A stretch of 64,000 bases of DNA from a bacterium. GTDB taxonomy: Bacteria; UBA8248. This document shows, piece by piece, positions 39,883 through 50,859 of this stretch. Location: NCBI GenBank assembly GCA_965213625.1, contig CBDBZU010000004.1:3648001-3712000 (forward strand), written 5' to 3'. Within the stretch, counting starts at the first letter, position 1, and the number at the start of each line of letters is the position of its first letter. The position numbers and the translations under genes were made by a program. Below the pieces are notes generated by a model that was not told where the DNA came from, searched no databases, and worked only from the letters and a program-made list of their open reading frames with translations.

Positions 39883-41018
39883 TGGAACCATTGTACGACG
39901 AGCAAAAACTCGCCCGCCTGATGGAAGAGGCGGGCGTCGACCTCATACTCGCGCACACGCCCCACAACCTGCGCTACCTGACGGGCGGCTATTACTTCCA
40001 TTTCCGCGAGCGGGTGGCCGCCATCGGGCCGAGCCAGTACCTCCCCTTCGTGGGGATTCCGCGGAAAAACTCCGAAGATGCCTTTCAGGTGGCCTGGCGC
40101 GTCGAGGCCTCACCGAGAAACGAGGTGGACACCTGGATACCCGAGGTCATCTACACGAAGGCGCGGGGAACCGTCGGCGCTGCGGAAACGGCCGCCGAGG
40201 CCATCAGGAAGCGGGGTCTCGATGAAGGAACCATCGCCGTCGAGCGCGCCTTCATGCCCGTGGATGCGATGGAAGCGCTTGCAAACGAGCTACACGGCGC
40301 GCGGTTCGTCGATTCCCTCGCCGTTCTGGAAGAGCTTCGGGCCGTCAAGAGAGAAGACGAACTGGAGATATTCCGGCGCGCGGCGCTTGCGGATTCAGAA
40401 GCCATCCAGGCCGGCTTCCAGGAGGGCGTGCGCGACGTCACGACCCGGCAGGTGGAACAAAGGGTGGAAGAAGAAATGGTGCGGCGCGGGCTTCATTTCC
40501 ACTACGCCTTCACGGCAGCGGGACCGGGCATGAGGCGCGAGCCGTCCGAAAAAATCTGGGAGAAAGGAGAAATCCTCCACATCGACGCGGGCGGATCGGA
40601 GGCGGGCTATATGTCCGACATCTGCAGGATGGGGGTGCGGGGCGAACCGTCCGCCCTGGCCGAGGAGTTGAGACAAGCATGTCTCCACTCGGTAGACGCC
40701 TGCCGGGACGCCATCCGCGCCGGAGCGAGTTGCGCCGCCGTTCATGAACGGGGACACAAGGCGTTCGCGGATACCGGCTTTTCCGATATGGGGATTTTCG
40801 AGGTACACGGAATCGGCATGGTGCAGCAGGAGTTACCGCGATTCGGCCCCGAGGTGGAGCGCGCGCTCGAGGCGGGCATGGTGGTATCTGTTGAGTGCGA
40901 CATCCGTCACGAGGAAATCGGCCACGTGAAAATCGAGGACGCCGTCGCCGTCACCGAAGACGGCTGCGAGGGTTTAGGGGATCTGGGCAGGGACGAGTGG
41001 GCCTGCATCGACTCATAA
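39882..41018 (+). CDS. M24 (Xaa-Pro peptidase-like) hydrolase, paralog 2
   Basis: IDAGG...SD, HGIGMVQQELP, KIED; TGATG overlap with paralog 1. Confidence 0.88.
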   Translation: MEPLYDEQKLARLMEEAGVDLILAHTPHNLRYLTGGYYFHFRERVAAIGPSQYLPFVGIPRKNSEDAFQVAWRVEASPRNEVDTWIPEVIYTKARGTVGAAETAAEAIRKRGLDEGTIAVERAFMPVDAMEALANELHGARFVDSLAVLEELRAVKREDELEIFRRAALADSEAIQAGFQEGVRDVTTRQVEQRVEEEMVRRGLHFHYAFTAAGPGMRREPSEKIWEKGEILHIDAGGSEAGYMSDICRMGVRGEPSALAEELRQACLHSVDACRDAIRAGASCAAVHERGHKAFADTGFSDMGIFEVHGIGMVQQELPRFGPEVERALEAGMVVSVECDIRHEEIGHVKIEDAVAVTEDGCEGLGDLGRDEWACIDS

Positions 41019-41074
41019 GAATTGATTCATAAAACCTGAGGAGAACTTTCATGCCGAGACCATCAGGAGGCTTC

Positions 41075-41635
41075 ATGCGGCTTCAGCACGCCGCCATAAA
41101 AGTACACGACATCGAGGCGGCCAAGGATTTTTACGTGAACACGCTGGGCTTCACCATCTCCGAGATATATGAGCCGGGCACGGTGGGCGATTTTCCCTTC
41201 GGGCTTTGCTTCATGCGGTGCACGGAGCTTCACCACGACATGAACCTCATATTCTGGCCCGAGGGTGAAGGCCCCGCCCCGCCCGAAGGGCGCTCTTTCG
41301 ACACCTTGCAGACGGGCCTGCACCATATCGCGTTTCAGGTGGAAGACCGCACGCAGTTGGACAACTGGGCCTCATATCTCGAAGAAAAAAATATAGAAAT
41401 TTTCTGGGGGCCGTCCATCCACAGCCCCACGCATCCCGAGGGGGACGGCTTCTGGGGCGAGAACCACGCGCTCTACATTGCTGACCCATCGGGCAACTGC
41501 ATCGAGATTTTCTGCGATCTGGCCGTCATGGACCCTTATACGAACCGGGTGAACGAAGAATGGTTCCGGGATCGCCTATCGCGCGACGGCCATCCGCGCG
41601 ACGCGGCGGACCCGCCGGAGGCCTGGAAACCCTGA
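41075..41635 (+). CDS. VOC-family protein (glyoxalase / extradiol dioxygenase-like)
   Basis: LQHAAIKV, FY...LGF, LHHD, GLHHIAF, DPSGNCIEI. Confidence 0.82.
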   Translation: MRLQHAAIKVHDIEAAKDFYVNTLGFTISEIYEPGTVGDFPFGLCFMRCTELHHDMNLIFWPEGEGPAPPEGRSFDTLQTGLHHIAFQVEDRTQLDNWASYLEEKNIEIFWGPSIHSPTHPEGDGFWGENHALYIADPSGNCIEIFCDLAVMDPYTNRVNEEWFRDRLSRDGHPRDAADPPEAWKP

Positions 41636-41763
41636 GTTCGGGGGCAATGGCGTAAAACCAAAGTAAAACATTGCAGGTAAGTATCCTAATTTATATAATC
41701 AGTAAATAAAGGTTTCTTGTTTCGCCAGACTCATAGGGATCGAGTTCCCATAATACGAGGTTA

Positions 41764-44700
41764 ATGGGAACCAATGACATCTATCCTATGCGCACTTCCA
41801 TCAGGAGCAGTCAAGGTACGCCCTCGCGTCCGAAAAATTCACTTATCCGGCGTGCACGGACCTCAATGGCCGCCTTCGCTCTCGTGCCGGCTGCCGTCTT
41901 CGCCCTCATCGTTGGAGAAACGATGGCGGAAAACGAATGCGGTCCTCCCGAACCCGGGCGAGAGATAAGATGCTCTCCCACAAACTACGACTCGGCCGAT
42001 AAGGGCAACATTTTCTATTCCCCCGGAGCTGCGAGCGGTAACTTCAAGATCAGCCTCATCGACGGCCTGGTGATCGACTACGACCGCGACGACCCCGATG
42101 ACGACGTCGGCTTTTCTCCCTCCGACCCTGCAAACCCTATCCATAGCGCCGTCTCGATCATACCCGGAGACACAGATTACTCAGGCGACATCACGATATC
42201 TTCATCCGGCGAGATTACCTCGAACGCAAAAGGCATCTCCGGAGTGCTTCCCGGTGGAGCGGGCGATCTCCGCGCCGAGTTAACAGGCGGAAGCATTACG
42301 ACCAGGGGCAATCGCGCCGCCGGTGTTGAACTCTTTCATGAAGGCGCAGGCGACGTCGTCATTAAGGCCCGGGACCTCGCCATCCTTACGAACGGTTCGG
42401 TCGCCGATGGTATCGGGGCCACTCATAAAGGCGAAGGTGAGATTGGCATAGACGTCCGGGACGTCACCATCACGACGCTGGGCAGGAATGCAGATGGCGT
42501 CTATGGTTTTCATGAAGACCCTGAGTATGAAACCGAGGTCGAGAGTCAAGCCGAGAACGATATTCATATCAACGTCCAGGACACCGGAATCACTACGGGG
42601 GGCGATGAAGCCGAAGGCATCCTCGTGATTCAGGAAAAAACCGGCGAGATCGAAATCGTTGCGCGCGACACCCTCATCCAGACGGATGGCGATGGCGCGG
42701 AAGGCATACACGGGCTTCATCGAGATGAGGGCGATGTCAATATCGCGGTGCATGACACCAGGGTCATTACGACGGGCGCGGGCGCTTCCGGGATACGCGG
42801 CTCCCATGGCGGGGTGGGCGATATCGGTATCGATCTGAGAGACGCCACCATCGAGACCGAGGGGGATAACGCGGACGGCGTCTATGGATTCCATGTTGGT
42901 GACGAGGGAGATATCCGCATCGATGTTCGGGGCGGCGGCGTAACGACAAGGGGCGATGAAGCCGAGGCCGTTCGTGGAACTCTTGAAGGCAAGGGAAGGA
43001 TTCGCATCGACTTGCAGGGCATTGACCTCGTGACGATGGGCCAAGGCTCCGAGGCCGTCATTGCTGTTCATTCAGGATCGGGCGACATCGAAATTAGCGT
43101 GCATGACGTTTCTATCGCCACTGAAGGTCAGGAAGCCGGAGGCGTCCATGGACTTCATCAACGCAACAGCGAAGGTGACGTCCTTATCGACGTGCAGAAC
43201 ACCCAAGTCACGACAATGGGTGCGGGAGCCTATGGGGTCCGTGGCTCCCATGGAGACCTTGGTGACATCAACTTCGACTTAGAGCACGTCACAATCACTA
43301 CACACGAAAGGAACTCCGATGGCGTCTATGGATTTCATGTAGGTTCCGAAGGCGCGATCCGTATCGACGCGCAGAGGGGCGGCATAACGACCAGGGGCGA
43401 TGATTCCGAGGCCGTCCTCGCTATTCATGAAGGCTTGGGCAATATCGATATCGACCTGGCGCAAGTCGCCATCGAGACGGAGGGCGAAAGCGCAGAGGGC
43501 GTCCATGGTCTTCACAGAGAAGACGGAAACATCCGCATCAACGCACAGGGCGGCTCCATTACGACGCAAGGCGCAGAGGCATCCGGGATCCGTGGGACGC
43601 ACGGCGGTACGGGTGACGTCGAGATTAACCTTTCGCAAATCGGCATCACTACCGGGGGAAGGAACGCCGACGGCGTCTACGGTTTTCATGTTGGTTCAGC
43701 GGGCGATATCCGCATCGACGTGCAGGGTGGTGGTGTAACGACCAGCGGCGATGAAGCGGAGGCCGTCCTCGCTATTCGCGATGGCGCCGGAGATATCGAA
43801 ATGGCCGTGCGCGACACCCACATACTGACGGAAGGCCAGGGAGCTGAGGGGATTCATGGGCTTCATAGAGAAATCGGCGATGTTCGCATCGACGTCCGGA
43901 AAGCGGAAGTCACGACATCGGGCGTGGCGTCTACTGGAATCCGAGGCTCCCACGGCGGCACGGGCGAAATCGACATCCACGTTCGCGACACTGATATCGC
44001 CACATTGAACAACAGGGCCCACGGCATCGCAGCCTATCAGGGGGGTTCGGGTTCGGTCCGCATCGTCGTGGATGGAGGAAGCGTCCATGCCACCGGTATC
44101 GACGCCAGCGGCGTTCAGGTGGGCAACGTCAACTCCCGGGGGCGCGTGACGCTCGCGGCCGAAGTGAGTGAGGACGGCTACAGGAAACAGAGCGTCACGG
44201 TGAACGGCTCCGTGACCGGCGGCTTGGGCAGGAACTCGGCGGGCGTGTTTCTCGCAGGAGGCGGCAAGGTCGTCATCGGACCGAAGGGAAGCGTCGGGGC
44301 GGAATCGCGGGTCGCGATTCTCGCGGCGGGAGATACGCCCAAGCTCCACGTCGACATGAATCTGGACGGCCGCCGGGTAGAGCAGGTCATCGGCGAGAAC
44401 TTCATTCAGAACCTCGAAGGCGAGATTACCCTGCTGATCAACAGCGTCATGCTACACGACGGCGCGTCGGGCGCCACCGGCCTCGAAGCCCCGAACGGGG
44501 CGTGGGACGTCAACCTGCTTGAAAGTCCGACCATCGCGACCGGGCTCATCTCATATGAGGACTTCTCCGCCGTCTACGCGCCCCGCGCCGCAGTCTACGA
44601 GGCCCTGCCCGGCTTCCTGCTTCGCCTGAACGCTCGGGGTGCAGCGGGAAAACGCATTGCATCTTCCGATTCGCCCGTATGGATCAGGCTCTCGAACGGG

Positions 44701-45480
44701 CAGGGTTCGTATGAGGCCGAGCGCGCGAGCGTGGGCGCGAAATACGACTTCAATCACTTCGGAGCGGAAGCCGGCTTGAATTTCTCCATGGGTGAGACCC
44801 TCACCGGCTCCATCTCCGCACGCTATACGGGCGGCTCTGCGGAAGTCGAATCGCCAGTCGGGAACGGCGAACTAGAAGCGAGGGGAATCGGGGCGGCACT
44901 CGGCGCTTCGTGGGGCAATGCGAGCGGCTATTACGCGGCCGGCCGCGCCGCCCTGACCGACTACGAAGTAGACGCTTCCACCGAAAAACGAGGCCGATTG
45001 ACCAGGAACGCAGGCGCGCTCGGTTATTCCGTCGGCATCGAGGCGGGCCGGCGCATCGAGCTGGACGAGAAGATACTGGGTCAGGAGATGAAGCTGACGC
45101 CCCGGGCGTGGGTGTCGGGCGCAGGGTTCCTGAGCGCCGACTTCACCGACGCGGTGAACTCACGCGTCTCGCTGGACGATACCCGTCTGCTCACAGGCGG
45201 CCTCGGGCTCATCGCCGAAATCGCGCGCTCATGGGTCGAGGGTGGGCTCTCCCTACGCATCTCGCTGGATGTAGAGCAGACGCTCGGCGGCGCGGAGACT
45301 GTCGCCGTGGTATCGGGCGAGAAACTCGAATCGGAATCAGGGAAAAACCGTGTTCTTTTGGGCATGGGCGGCGTCTACCGCCAAGGGCCGTTCTCGCTGG
45401 GCGCAGAACTCTCCGCCGGCGGTCTCGGCTCGGACGATGAGGCATACTCCGGACGCCTCGATTTCGGGATGAAATTCTAG
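41764..45480 (+). CDS. Autotransporter (type Va) with a repetitive passenger domain
   Basis: Long N-terminal signal region, about 20 repeats of ~29 aa, C-terminal beta-barrel ending YSGRLDFGMKF. Confidence 0.88.
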   Translation: MGTNDIYPMRTSIRSSQGTPSRPKNSLIRRARTSMAAFALVPAAVFALIVGETMAENECGPPEPGREIRCSPTNYDSADKGNIFYSPGAASGNFKISLIDGLVIDYDRDDPDDDVGFSPSDPANPIHSAVSIIPGDTDYSGDITISSSGEITSNAKGISGVLPGGAGDLRAELTGGSITTRGNRAAGVELFHEGAGDVVIKARDLAILTNGSVADGIGATHKGEGEIGIDVRDVTITTLGRNADGVYGFHEDPEYETEVESQAENDIHINVQDTGITTGGDEAEGILVIQEKTGEIEIVARDTLIQTDGDGAEGIHGLHRDEGDVNIAVHDTRVITTGAGASGIRGSHGGVGDIGIDLRDATIETEGDNADGVYGFHVGDEGDIRIDVRGGGVTTRGDEAEAVRGTLEGKGRIRIDLQGIDLVTMGQGSEAVIAVHSGSGDIEISVHDVSIATEGQEAGGVHGLHQRNSEGDVLIDVQNTQVTTMGAGAYGVRGSHGDLGDINFDLEHVTITTHERNSDGVYGFHVGSEGAIRIDAQRGGITTRGDDSEAVLAIHEGLGNIDIDLAQVAIETEGESAEGVHGLHREDGNIRINAQGGSITTQGAEASGIRGTHGGTGDVEINLSQIGITTGGRNADGVYGFHVGSAGDIRIDVQGGGVTTSGDEAEAVLAIRDGAGDIEMAVRDTHILTEGQGAEGIHGLHREIGDVRIDVRKAEVTTSGVASTGIRGSHGGTGEIDIHVRDTDIATLNNRAHGIAAYQGGSGSVRIVVDGGSVHATGIDASGVQVGNVNSRGRVTLAAEVSEDGYRKQSVTVNGSVTGGLGRNSAGVFLAGGGKVVIGPKGSVGAESRVAILAAGDTPKLHVDMNLDGRRVEQVIGENFIQNLEGEITLLINSVMLHDGASGATGLEAPNGAWDVNLLESPTIATGLISYEDFSAVYAPRAAVYEALPGFLLRLNARGAAGKRIASSDSPVWIRLSNGQGSYEAERASVGAKYDFNHFGAEAGLNFSMGETLTGSISARYTGGSAEVESPVGNGELEARGIGAALGASWGNASGYYAAGRAALTDYEVDASTEKRGRLTRNAGALGYSVGIEAGRRIELDEKILGQEMKLTPRAWVSGAGFLSADFTDAVNSRVSLDDTRLLTGGLGLIAEIARSWVEGGLSLRISLDVEQTLGGAETVAVVSGEKLESESGKNRVLLGMGGVYRQGPFSLGAELSAGGLGSDDEAYSGRLDFGMKF

Positions 45481-45936
45481 AGCGCGGACGAAAGACGATA
45501 CCCGGCCAGAACCGCGCCGCGCGAAGGATCTTCCCCGGGAGGGGATTACGCCACGCAGGCGCGCGCCTCTCCGGGAACCTCCCTCCACCGCACGGGCTTG
45601 TCCCTCCCCGGTCGGTTTTTAACCACGCAATTGTCCGCATTTGCCGTCATGACGCAGGCCTGCGAGCGCGCCGGAATCGGATTGCGAACCGTCCTGTCGA
45701 ACCAGGACTGAATTTCCGAAAATATCGATAAATTCACGGGGTTTTTCGATAAATTCATGATGTTTATCAATAAAAAAACTGGTGTGTTTTTCTGAAAATT
45801 CCCAGCCCGAATGAGGCCGAGAATGCCGCTGATTCTACACCGGAGCACCCCGCGCATTTGCTCACGGCTTTCCGTTCAAGGACCGAACGTGGTATATTCA
45901 TACCATATCTACGCTGCCATTGGAGATGCGCCATAT

Positions 45937-48738
45937 ATGGAGACGAATCCTCAGGACATTGGGGAAGTACCGGTAGGAGAGAACGGCTCGTCCCTATCGA
46001 CGAATGGAGCGCAACAGGACGGTCCCGACGATTCGAAGTTTCTGCCCGACTCTGCGAGCGCGCCCACTTCGGCGGATGAAACGGAACTCGACAAGGTAGA
46101 AACCGACGAGTGGCTGGAATCGCTCGACTACGTCCTGCAAACCAGGGGTCCCGAGCGGACGAAAACCCTCCTTCGTCATTTGCAGGTTCATGCGGTGCGC
46201 GCGGGCGTCGTCCGTCCATTTTCGGCGAATACGCCGTATATCAACACCATACCGCTGGAAAAACAGCCCTCATTTCCTGGAGATCGGGGGATTGAGCGAC
46301 GCATCAAGAGCCTCGTACGCTGGAACGCGATGGCCATGGTGGTGCGCGCCAATGCCGAGGACCCCTCCATCGGCGGACACATCTCTACATACGCCTCGGC
46401 CGCTACGCTGCTGGAAATCGGGTTCAACCACTTCTTCCGGGGAAAGAACCATCCCAGCGGTGGCGACATCGTCTACTTCCAGGGCCACAGCGCACCCGGC
46501 ATTTACGCCAGGGCATTTCTCGAAGGGCGCCTGACGGAGAGAAACCTCGAGAACTTCCGGCGAGAGCTTAAAAAGGGCGGCGGCCTCTCCTCCTACCCAC
46601 ATCCCTGGCTGATGCCCGATTTCTGGGAATTTCCCACCGTATCGATGGGCCTCTCTCCCCTGATGGCGATATACCAGGCACGCTATCTGCACTATTTGGA
46701 AGATCGCGGCCTCAAGCCCGCAACGGGCCAGAAGGTATGGGCGTTTCTAGGCGACGGTGAGATGGACGAGCCAGAATCGCTGGGCGCCATCACCCTGGCC
46801 GCTCGGGAAAAACTCGATAATCTGATTTTCGTCATCAACTGCAATCTTCAGCGCCTCGACGGCCCGGTGCGCGGCAACGGGAAAATCATCCAGGAACTCG
46901 AGGCCGCCTTCCGGGGCGCGCGATGGAACGTCATCAAGGTTATCTGGGGGGATGACTGGGATCCGCTCATCGCGATGGATGACGAGGGTGTCCTGCTCCA
47001 GCGAATGAACGAGACGGTCGATGGTCAGTACCAGAAATACAGCGTCGAGACGCTCAGAAAAGGTGATTACGTGCGTGAGCACTTCTTCAGCGGCGACCCT
47101 CGGTTAGAGGCGATGGCCGACATGATGACCGACGTTCAACTCCACAGAATGCGACGCGGGGGACACGACCCCGAAAAAGTGTTCGCAGCCTACCAGGCCG
47201 CCATGAAGTGTAAGGACCGCCCCACGGTCATTCTGGCCAAAACGGTGAAAGGCTATGGCTTGGGCGAAGGGGGCGAAGGCAGGAACGTCACCCACCAGCA
47301 GAAAAAACTCAACGAGGATGAACTCAAGGAATTCCGCTCGCGATTCGAGATTCCCATATCCGATGAAGAAATCGCCGAAGCGCCGTTTTACCGGCCGACG
47401 GAAGATAGCCCCGAAATCCAATATCTCAAGGAAAAGCGGGACAAACTCGGCGGGTATGTCCCCACGAGGCGGAACGTTTCCACGCCGCTCAAACCGCCAC
47501 CAGACGCGTTATTCGAAGAATTCTGGCAAGGCACGGATGGGCGTGAAGTATCGACAACCATGGTATTCGTCAGAATCCTGAGCAAGCTGCTCCGGGATGA
47601 GGGATTGGGCAAACTCATTGTACCCATCGTACCCGATGAGGCCAGAACGTTCGGCATGGAATCATTGTTCCGGCAAATCGGGATATACTCCCACGCCGGG
47701 CAGTTGTATGAGCCCGTCGACCGTGACAGTCTCCTTTACTACAAAGAAGCGCAAGACGGACAAATTCTCGAAGAAGGAATCACCGAGGCGGGTTCGATGG
47801 CTTCTTTCATCGCTGCCGGAACCGCCTATGCCACCCATAGCGTGAACACCATCCCGTTCTACATTTACTATTCGATGTTCGGCTTTCAGCGCATCGGCGA
47901 CCTGATATGGGCAGCGGCGGACATGTGCGCCCGCGGCTTCCTGATCGGTGGGACAGCCGGCAGAACCACACTGAATGGGGAAGGACTCCAGCACCAGGAC
48001 GGCAACAGCCACCATCTGGCTTATCCGGTGCCCAATCTTCTTACATACGACCCGGCTTTCGCATACGAGATGGCTGTGATTATTCAGGACGGCATTCGCA
48101 GGATGTATCACGAGCAGGAGAAAATCTTCTATTACCTCACCGCCTACAACGAAAACTATCCCATGCCGCCCATGCCGGAGGGAGCACAGGACGGCATATT
48201 GAAGGGTATGTATCTCTTCAAGCGCTCGGAGATGGACTCGGGCCTCAAAGCGCAGTTGTTGGGCAGTGGCACCATTATGAACGAAGTGCTTAAAGCGAAG
48301 GAAATCCTGGAGACACGCTATTCGATTGCCGCAGATGTCTGGAGCGTCACGAGTTACAAGGAACTCCGGCGAGACGCTCTCGAAGTCGAGCGATGGAACA
48401 TGCTTCATCCGGATAGCGCACCGAAAACTCCCTACGTGACGCAATGCCTCGCGCGTGCGCCGGGCGTTTGTGTGGCCGCCTCGGATTATGTGAAGGCCAC
48501 GCCCGATTCGATTTCGAAATGGGTTCCCAAACCAATGATATCTTTGGGTACCGAGGGCTTCGGAAGAAGCGAATCGAGAGCTTCGCTTAGGGATTTCTTT
48601 GAAATCGACGCGCGCTATATCGTGCTCGCTACATTGTACAGTCTTGTGCGGGACAAGAAGATATACCCCGAACTCGTGAACAAAGCGATGAAAGACCTGG
48701 AAATCGACCCCGAAAAAAACAACCCGATGATTTCCTGA
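45937..48738 (+). CDS. aceE: Pyruvate dehydrogenase E1, homodimeric type
   Basis: GGHISTYAS, SYPHPWLMPDFWEFPTVSMG, GDGEMDEPES, YSMFGFQR, GEGLQH. Confidence 0.95.
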   Translation: METNPQDIGEVPVGENGSSLSTNGAQQDGPDDSKFLPDSASAPTSADETELDKVETDEWLESLDYVLQTRGPERTKTLLRHLQVHAVRAGVVRPFSANTPYINTIPLEKQPSFPGDRGIERRIKSLVRWNAMAMVVRANAEDPSIGGHISTYASAATLLEIGFNHFFRGKNHPSGGDIVYFQGHSAPGIYARAFLEGRLTERNLENFRRELKKGGGLSSYPHPWLMPDFWEFPTVSMGLSPLMAIYQARYLHYLEDRGLKPATGQKVWAFLGDGEMDEPESLGAITLAAREKLDNLIFVINCNLQRLDGPVRGNGKIIQELEAAFRGARWNVIKVIWGDDWDPLIAMDDEGVLLQRMNETVDGQYQKYSVETLRKGDYVREHFFSGDPRLEAMADMMTDVQLHRMRRGGHDPEKVFAAYQAAMKCKDRPTVILAKTVKGYGLGEGGEGRNVTHQQKKLNEDELKEFRSRFEIPISDEEIAEAPFYRPTEDSPEIQYLKEKRDKLGGYVPTRRNVSTPLKPPPDALFEEFWQGTDGREVSTTMVFVRILSKLLRDEGLGKLIVPIVPDEARTFGMESLFRQIGIYSHAGQLYEPVDRDSLLYYKEAQDGQILEEGITEAGSMASFIAAGTAYATHSVNTIPFYIYYSMFGFQRIGDLIWAAADMCARGFLIGGTAGRTTLNGEGLQHQDGNSHHLAYPVPNLLTYDPAFAYEMAVIIQDGIRRMYHEQEKIFYYLTAYNENYPMPPMPEGAQDGILKGMYLFKRSEMDSGLKAQLLGSGTIMNEVLKAKEILETRYSIAADVWSVTSYKELRRDALEVERWNMLHPDSAPKTPYVTQCLARAPGVCVAASDYVKATPDSISKWVPKPMISLGTEGFGRSESRASLRDFFEIDARYIVLATLYSLVRDKKIYPELVNKAMKDLEIDPEKNNPMIS

Positions 48739-48759
48739 TACAGATCCCGAGGGAGTTCC

Positions 48760-50139
48760 ATGACCATTGAACTCAAACTCCCCGAACTCGGGGAAAACAT
48801 CACGTCCGGAAAAGTGATTGCCGTATTGGTGAACGTGGGTGAAACCATAGCGGTGGATCAATCGGTCATCGAGGTTGAAACCGACAAGGCGCTCATCGAA
48901 GTTCCCTCATCCGTCGGGGGCAAAATAACGGAAATTCATCTCAAACCCGGTGACGACGCCGAGGTGGGAGAAACCATTCTTATCATCGAAGAAAACGATG
49001 CGGGCATGGAGCCTACGCGTAACAAGGAGATTTTCGAGGAAATTTCGACAGACACCGGTGAGCGGAACGACCCGGAAGAAACCCAGCCCTTGCTGATAGA
49101 CGAACCCGCACCTTCTTTAGAGACAATGGGCGAAGATGCCCCGGTGACGGAAGCCGCAGAGGACCCGCCCGAGGCGCCTGCGCCTGAGACTACCGAAAAT
49201 TTATCGCCAAAGCTCACAAAAGAGCCCGCTCCTGCAGCGCCCTCTGTACGCAGAATCGCTCGCGAGGCGGGCGTCGACCTAAGCAATGTGACAGGCAGCG
49301 GGATTGGAGGCAGGATATCTGCACAAGACGTCAGGGAATTCGTGGCGGCGCAAGGGGGCTCCGCCGTCCCGGATGCGCCTGCTCCCGCACTGATGAGCGT
49401 ACCTGTTCAACTGCCTGACCTCACCCGATGGGGTGCGATTGAACGCAAACCCATGTCGGGGATCAGGCGTGCGACGTCTGTGAATCTCACCCGTGCCTGG
49501 ACAAGCATCCCTCATGTGACTCAATGCGAAAAAGCCGACATTTCCGAACTCGATGTTTTAAGAAGAAAATTCACTCCGAAAGCGGAAGCTGCCGGCGGCA
49601 AACTCACCGTAACCGCCATCCTCCTGAAAGTCATCGCTTCTGCTCTTAAGGTCTTCCCGCAATTCAACGCGAGTGTAGACACGGCAACCGAAGAGATCAT
49701 CTACAAAAACTATGTTCATGTAGGTGTTGCCGTGGACACCGAAAATGGTTTGCTCGTTCCGGTAATTCGCGATGTGGACAAGAAGAACATCATCGAGTTG
49801 TCGGTGGAACTGGGCGAAGCCGCAGAGCGCGCTCGCTCACGAAAACTTGCCCCGGATGACATGCAGGGCGGTTCCATCACCATCACGAACCTCGGCGGCT
49901 TTGGCGGCACGTATTTCACCCCGATAGTGAACTGGCCCGAAGTCGCGATTCTCGGCGTCTCCCGAGCACGCATGGAGCCGGTTTGGGCGAAAGCCGAGGA
50001 AAAATTCGAACCGCGCCTGATGCTCCCGCTGATGGTTTCTTATGATCACCGCGTGATAGACGGGGCGGATGGCGTCAAATTCCTGCGGTGGGTGGCCGAC
50101 GCGTTGGAAGAACCCATGCTCATGAGTCTTGAGGGTTAA
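48760..50139 (+). CDS. aceF: Dihydrolipoamide acetyltransferase E2
   Basis: One lipoyl domain (ETDKA), E3-binding PSVRRIARE, catalytic DHRVIDG. Confidence 0.92.
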   Translation: MTIELKLPELGENITSGKVIAVLVNVGETIAVDQSVIEVETDKALIEVPSSVGGKITEIHLKPGDDAEVGETILIIEENDAGMEPTRNKEIFEEISTDTGERNDPEETQPLLIDEPAPSLETMGEDAPVTEAAEDPPEAPAPETTENLSPKLTKEPAPAAPSVRRIAREAGVDLSNVTGSGIGGRISAQDVREFVAAQGGSAVPDAPAPALMSVPVQLPDLTRWGAIERKPMSGIRRATSVNLTRAWTSIPHVTQCEKADISELDVLRRKFTPKAEAAGGKLTVTAILLKVIASALKVFPQFNASVDTATEEIIYKNYVHVGVAVDTENGLLVPVIRDVDKKNIIELSVELGEAAERARSRKLAPDDMQGGSITITNLGGFGGTYFTPIVNWPEVAILGVSRARMEPVWAKAEEKFEPRLMLPLMVSYDHRVIDGADGVKFLRWVADALEEPMLMSLEG

Positions 50140-50275
50140 GCGAACCTCCCAGGGGCAAAAGCGACAGCTTGAACTTTCATGACGGGTAATCACGCTCCCA
50201 GAACCCTCTGAATCGAGCGTCTCCACCGTCATCCATAAGCAACCCTCCCCGAATTATCTTTTGGATATCTTCTTG

Positions 50276-50854
50276 ATGGCGAATCTCGTGGGTGACTGGA
50301 ATTTCTTGCAATACTGGTGGTGGAAACCCTACATCAAACCCCTCATCGGTCTGGCATGGTTTGCAGGCGTCATCGCGCTCGGAGCGATCATCTTCTTCGT
50401 CGTCATGGGAAGCGCCAGACTCTCCGAATACAGAGAAGCCCTCTTCCCTCCCAAAGAACCCGAGATTCCCGAAGACGAAGCGGCCCTCGTCGAGTTTATG
50501 GAGTCTTTCTTCCCGGAAGTGTCTGAAGAGGAAATTCTGTTCATGGAACAAATCCTCGACGACGTCATGAAGGAGGATATCCATCCGCAGATGGCGCGTG
50601 AAATCGAAGCCCGGGGCATCCCCGTTCGGCTGCTGGCACTCCCGCCTCCCGAAATCGTACGCGCAGTGGGGAGCTATCCCGTGGCCGTGTGGATTCCTCG
50701 CCTGAACGCGATTGAGATATACGCATCGGTCGTCAAAAGCGAATGCAGGCGAGTCCCGAGGCGCTACCGAGAAAAAATAGGCAATTTACTATTGCACGAA
50801 ATCGGTCACGCCCTGGGTCTGGATGAGGTGAAAATCAAGGACTTCGGCGTTTAG
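50276..50854 (+). CDS. Membrane-anchored zincin-like metallopeptidase
   Basis: N-terminal TM helix; C-terminal LLHEIGHALGL; start uncertain. Confidence 0.65.
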   Translation: MANLVGDWNFLQYWWWKPYIKPLIGLAWFAGVIALGAIIFFVVMGSARLSEYREALFPPKEPEIPEDEAALVEFMESFFPEVSEEEILFMEQILDDVMKEDIHPQMAREIEARGIPVRLLALPPPEIVRAVGSYPVAVWIPRLNAIEIYASVVKSECRRVPRRYREKIGNLLLHEIGHALGLDEVKIKDFGV

Positions 50855-50859
50855 CGGCT

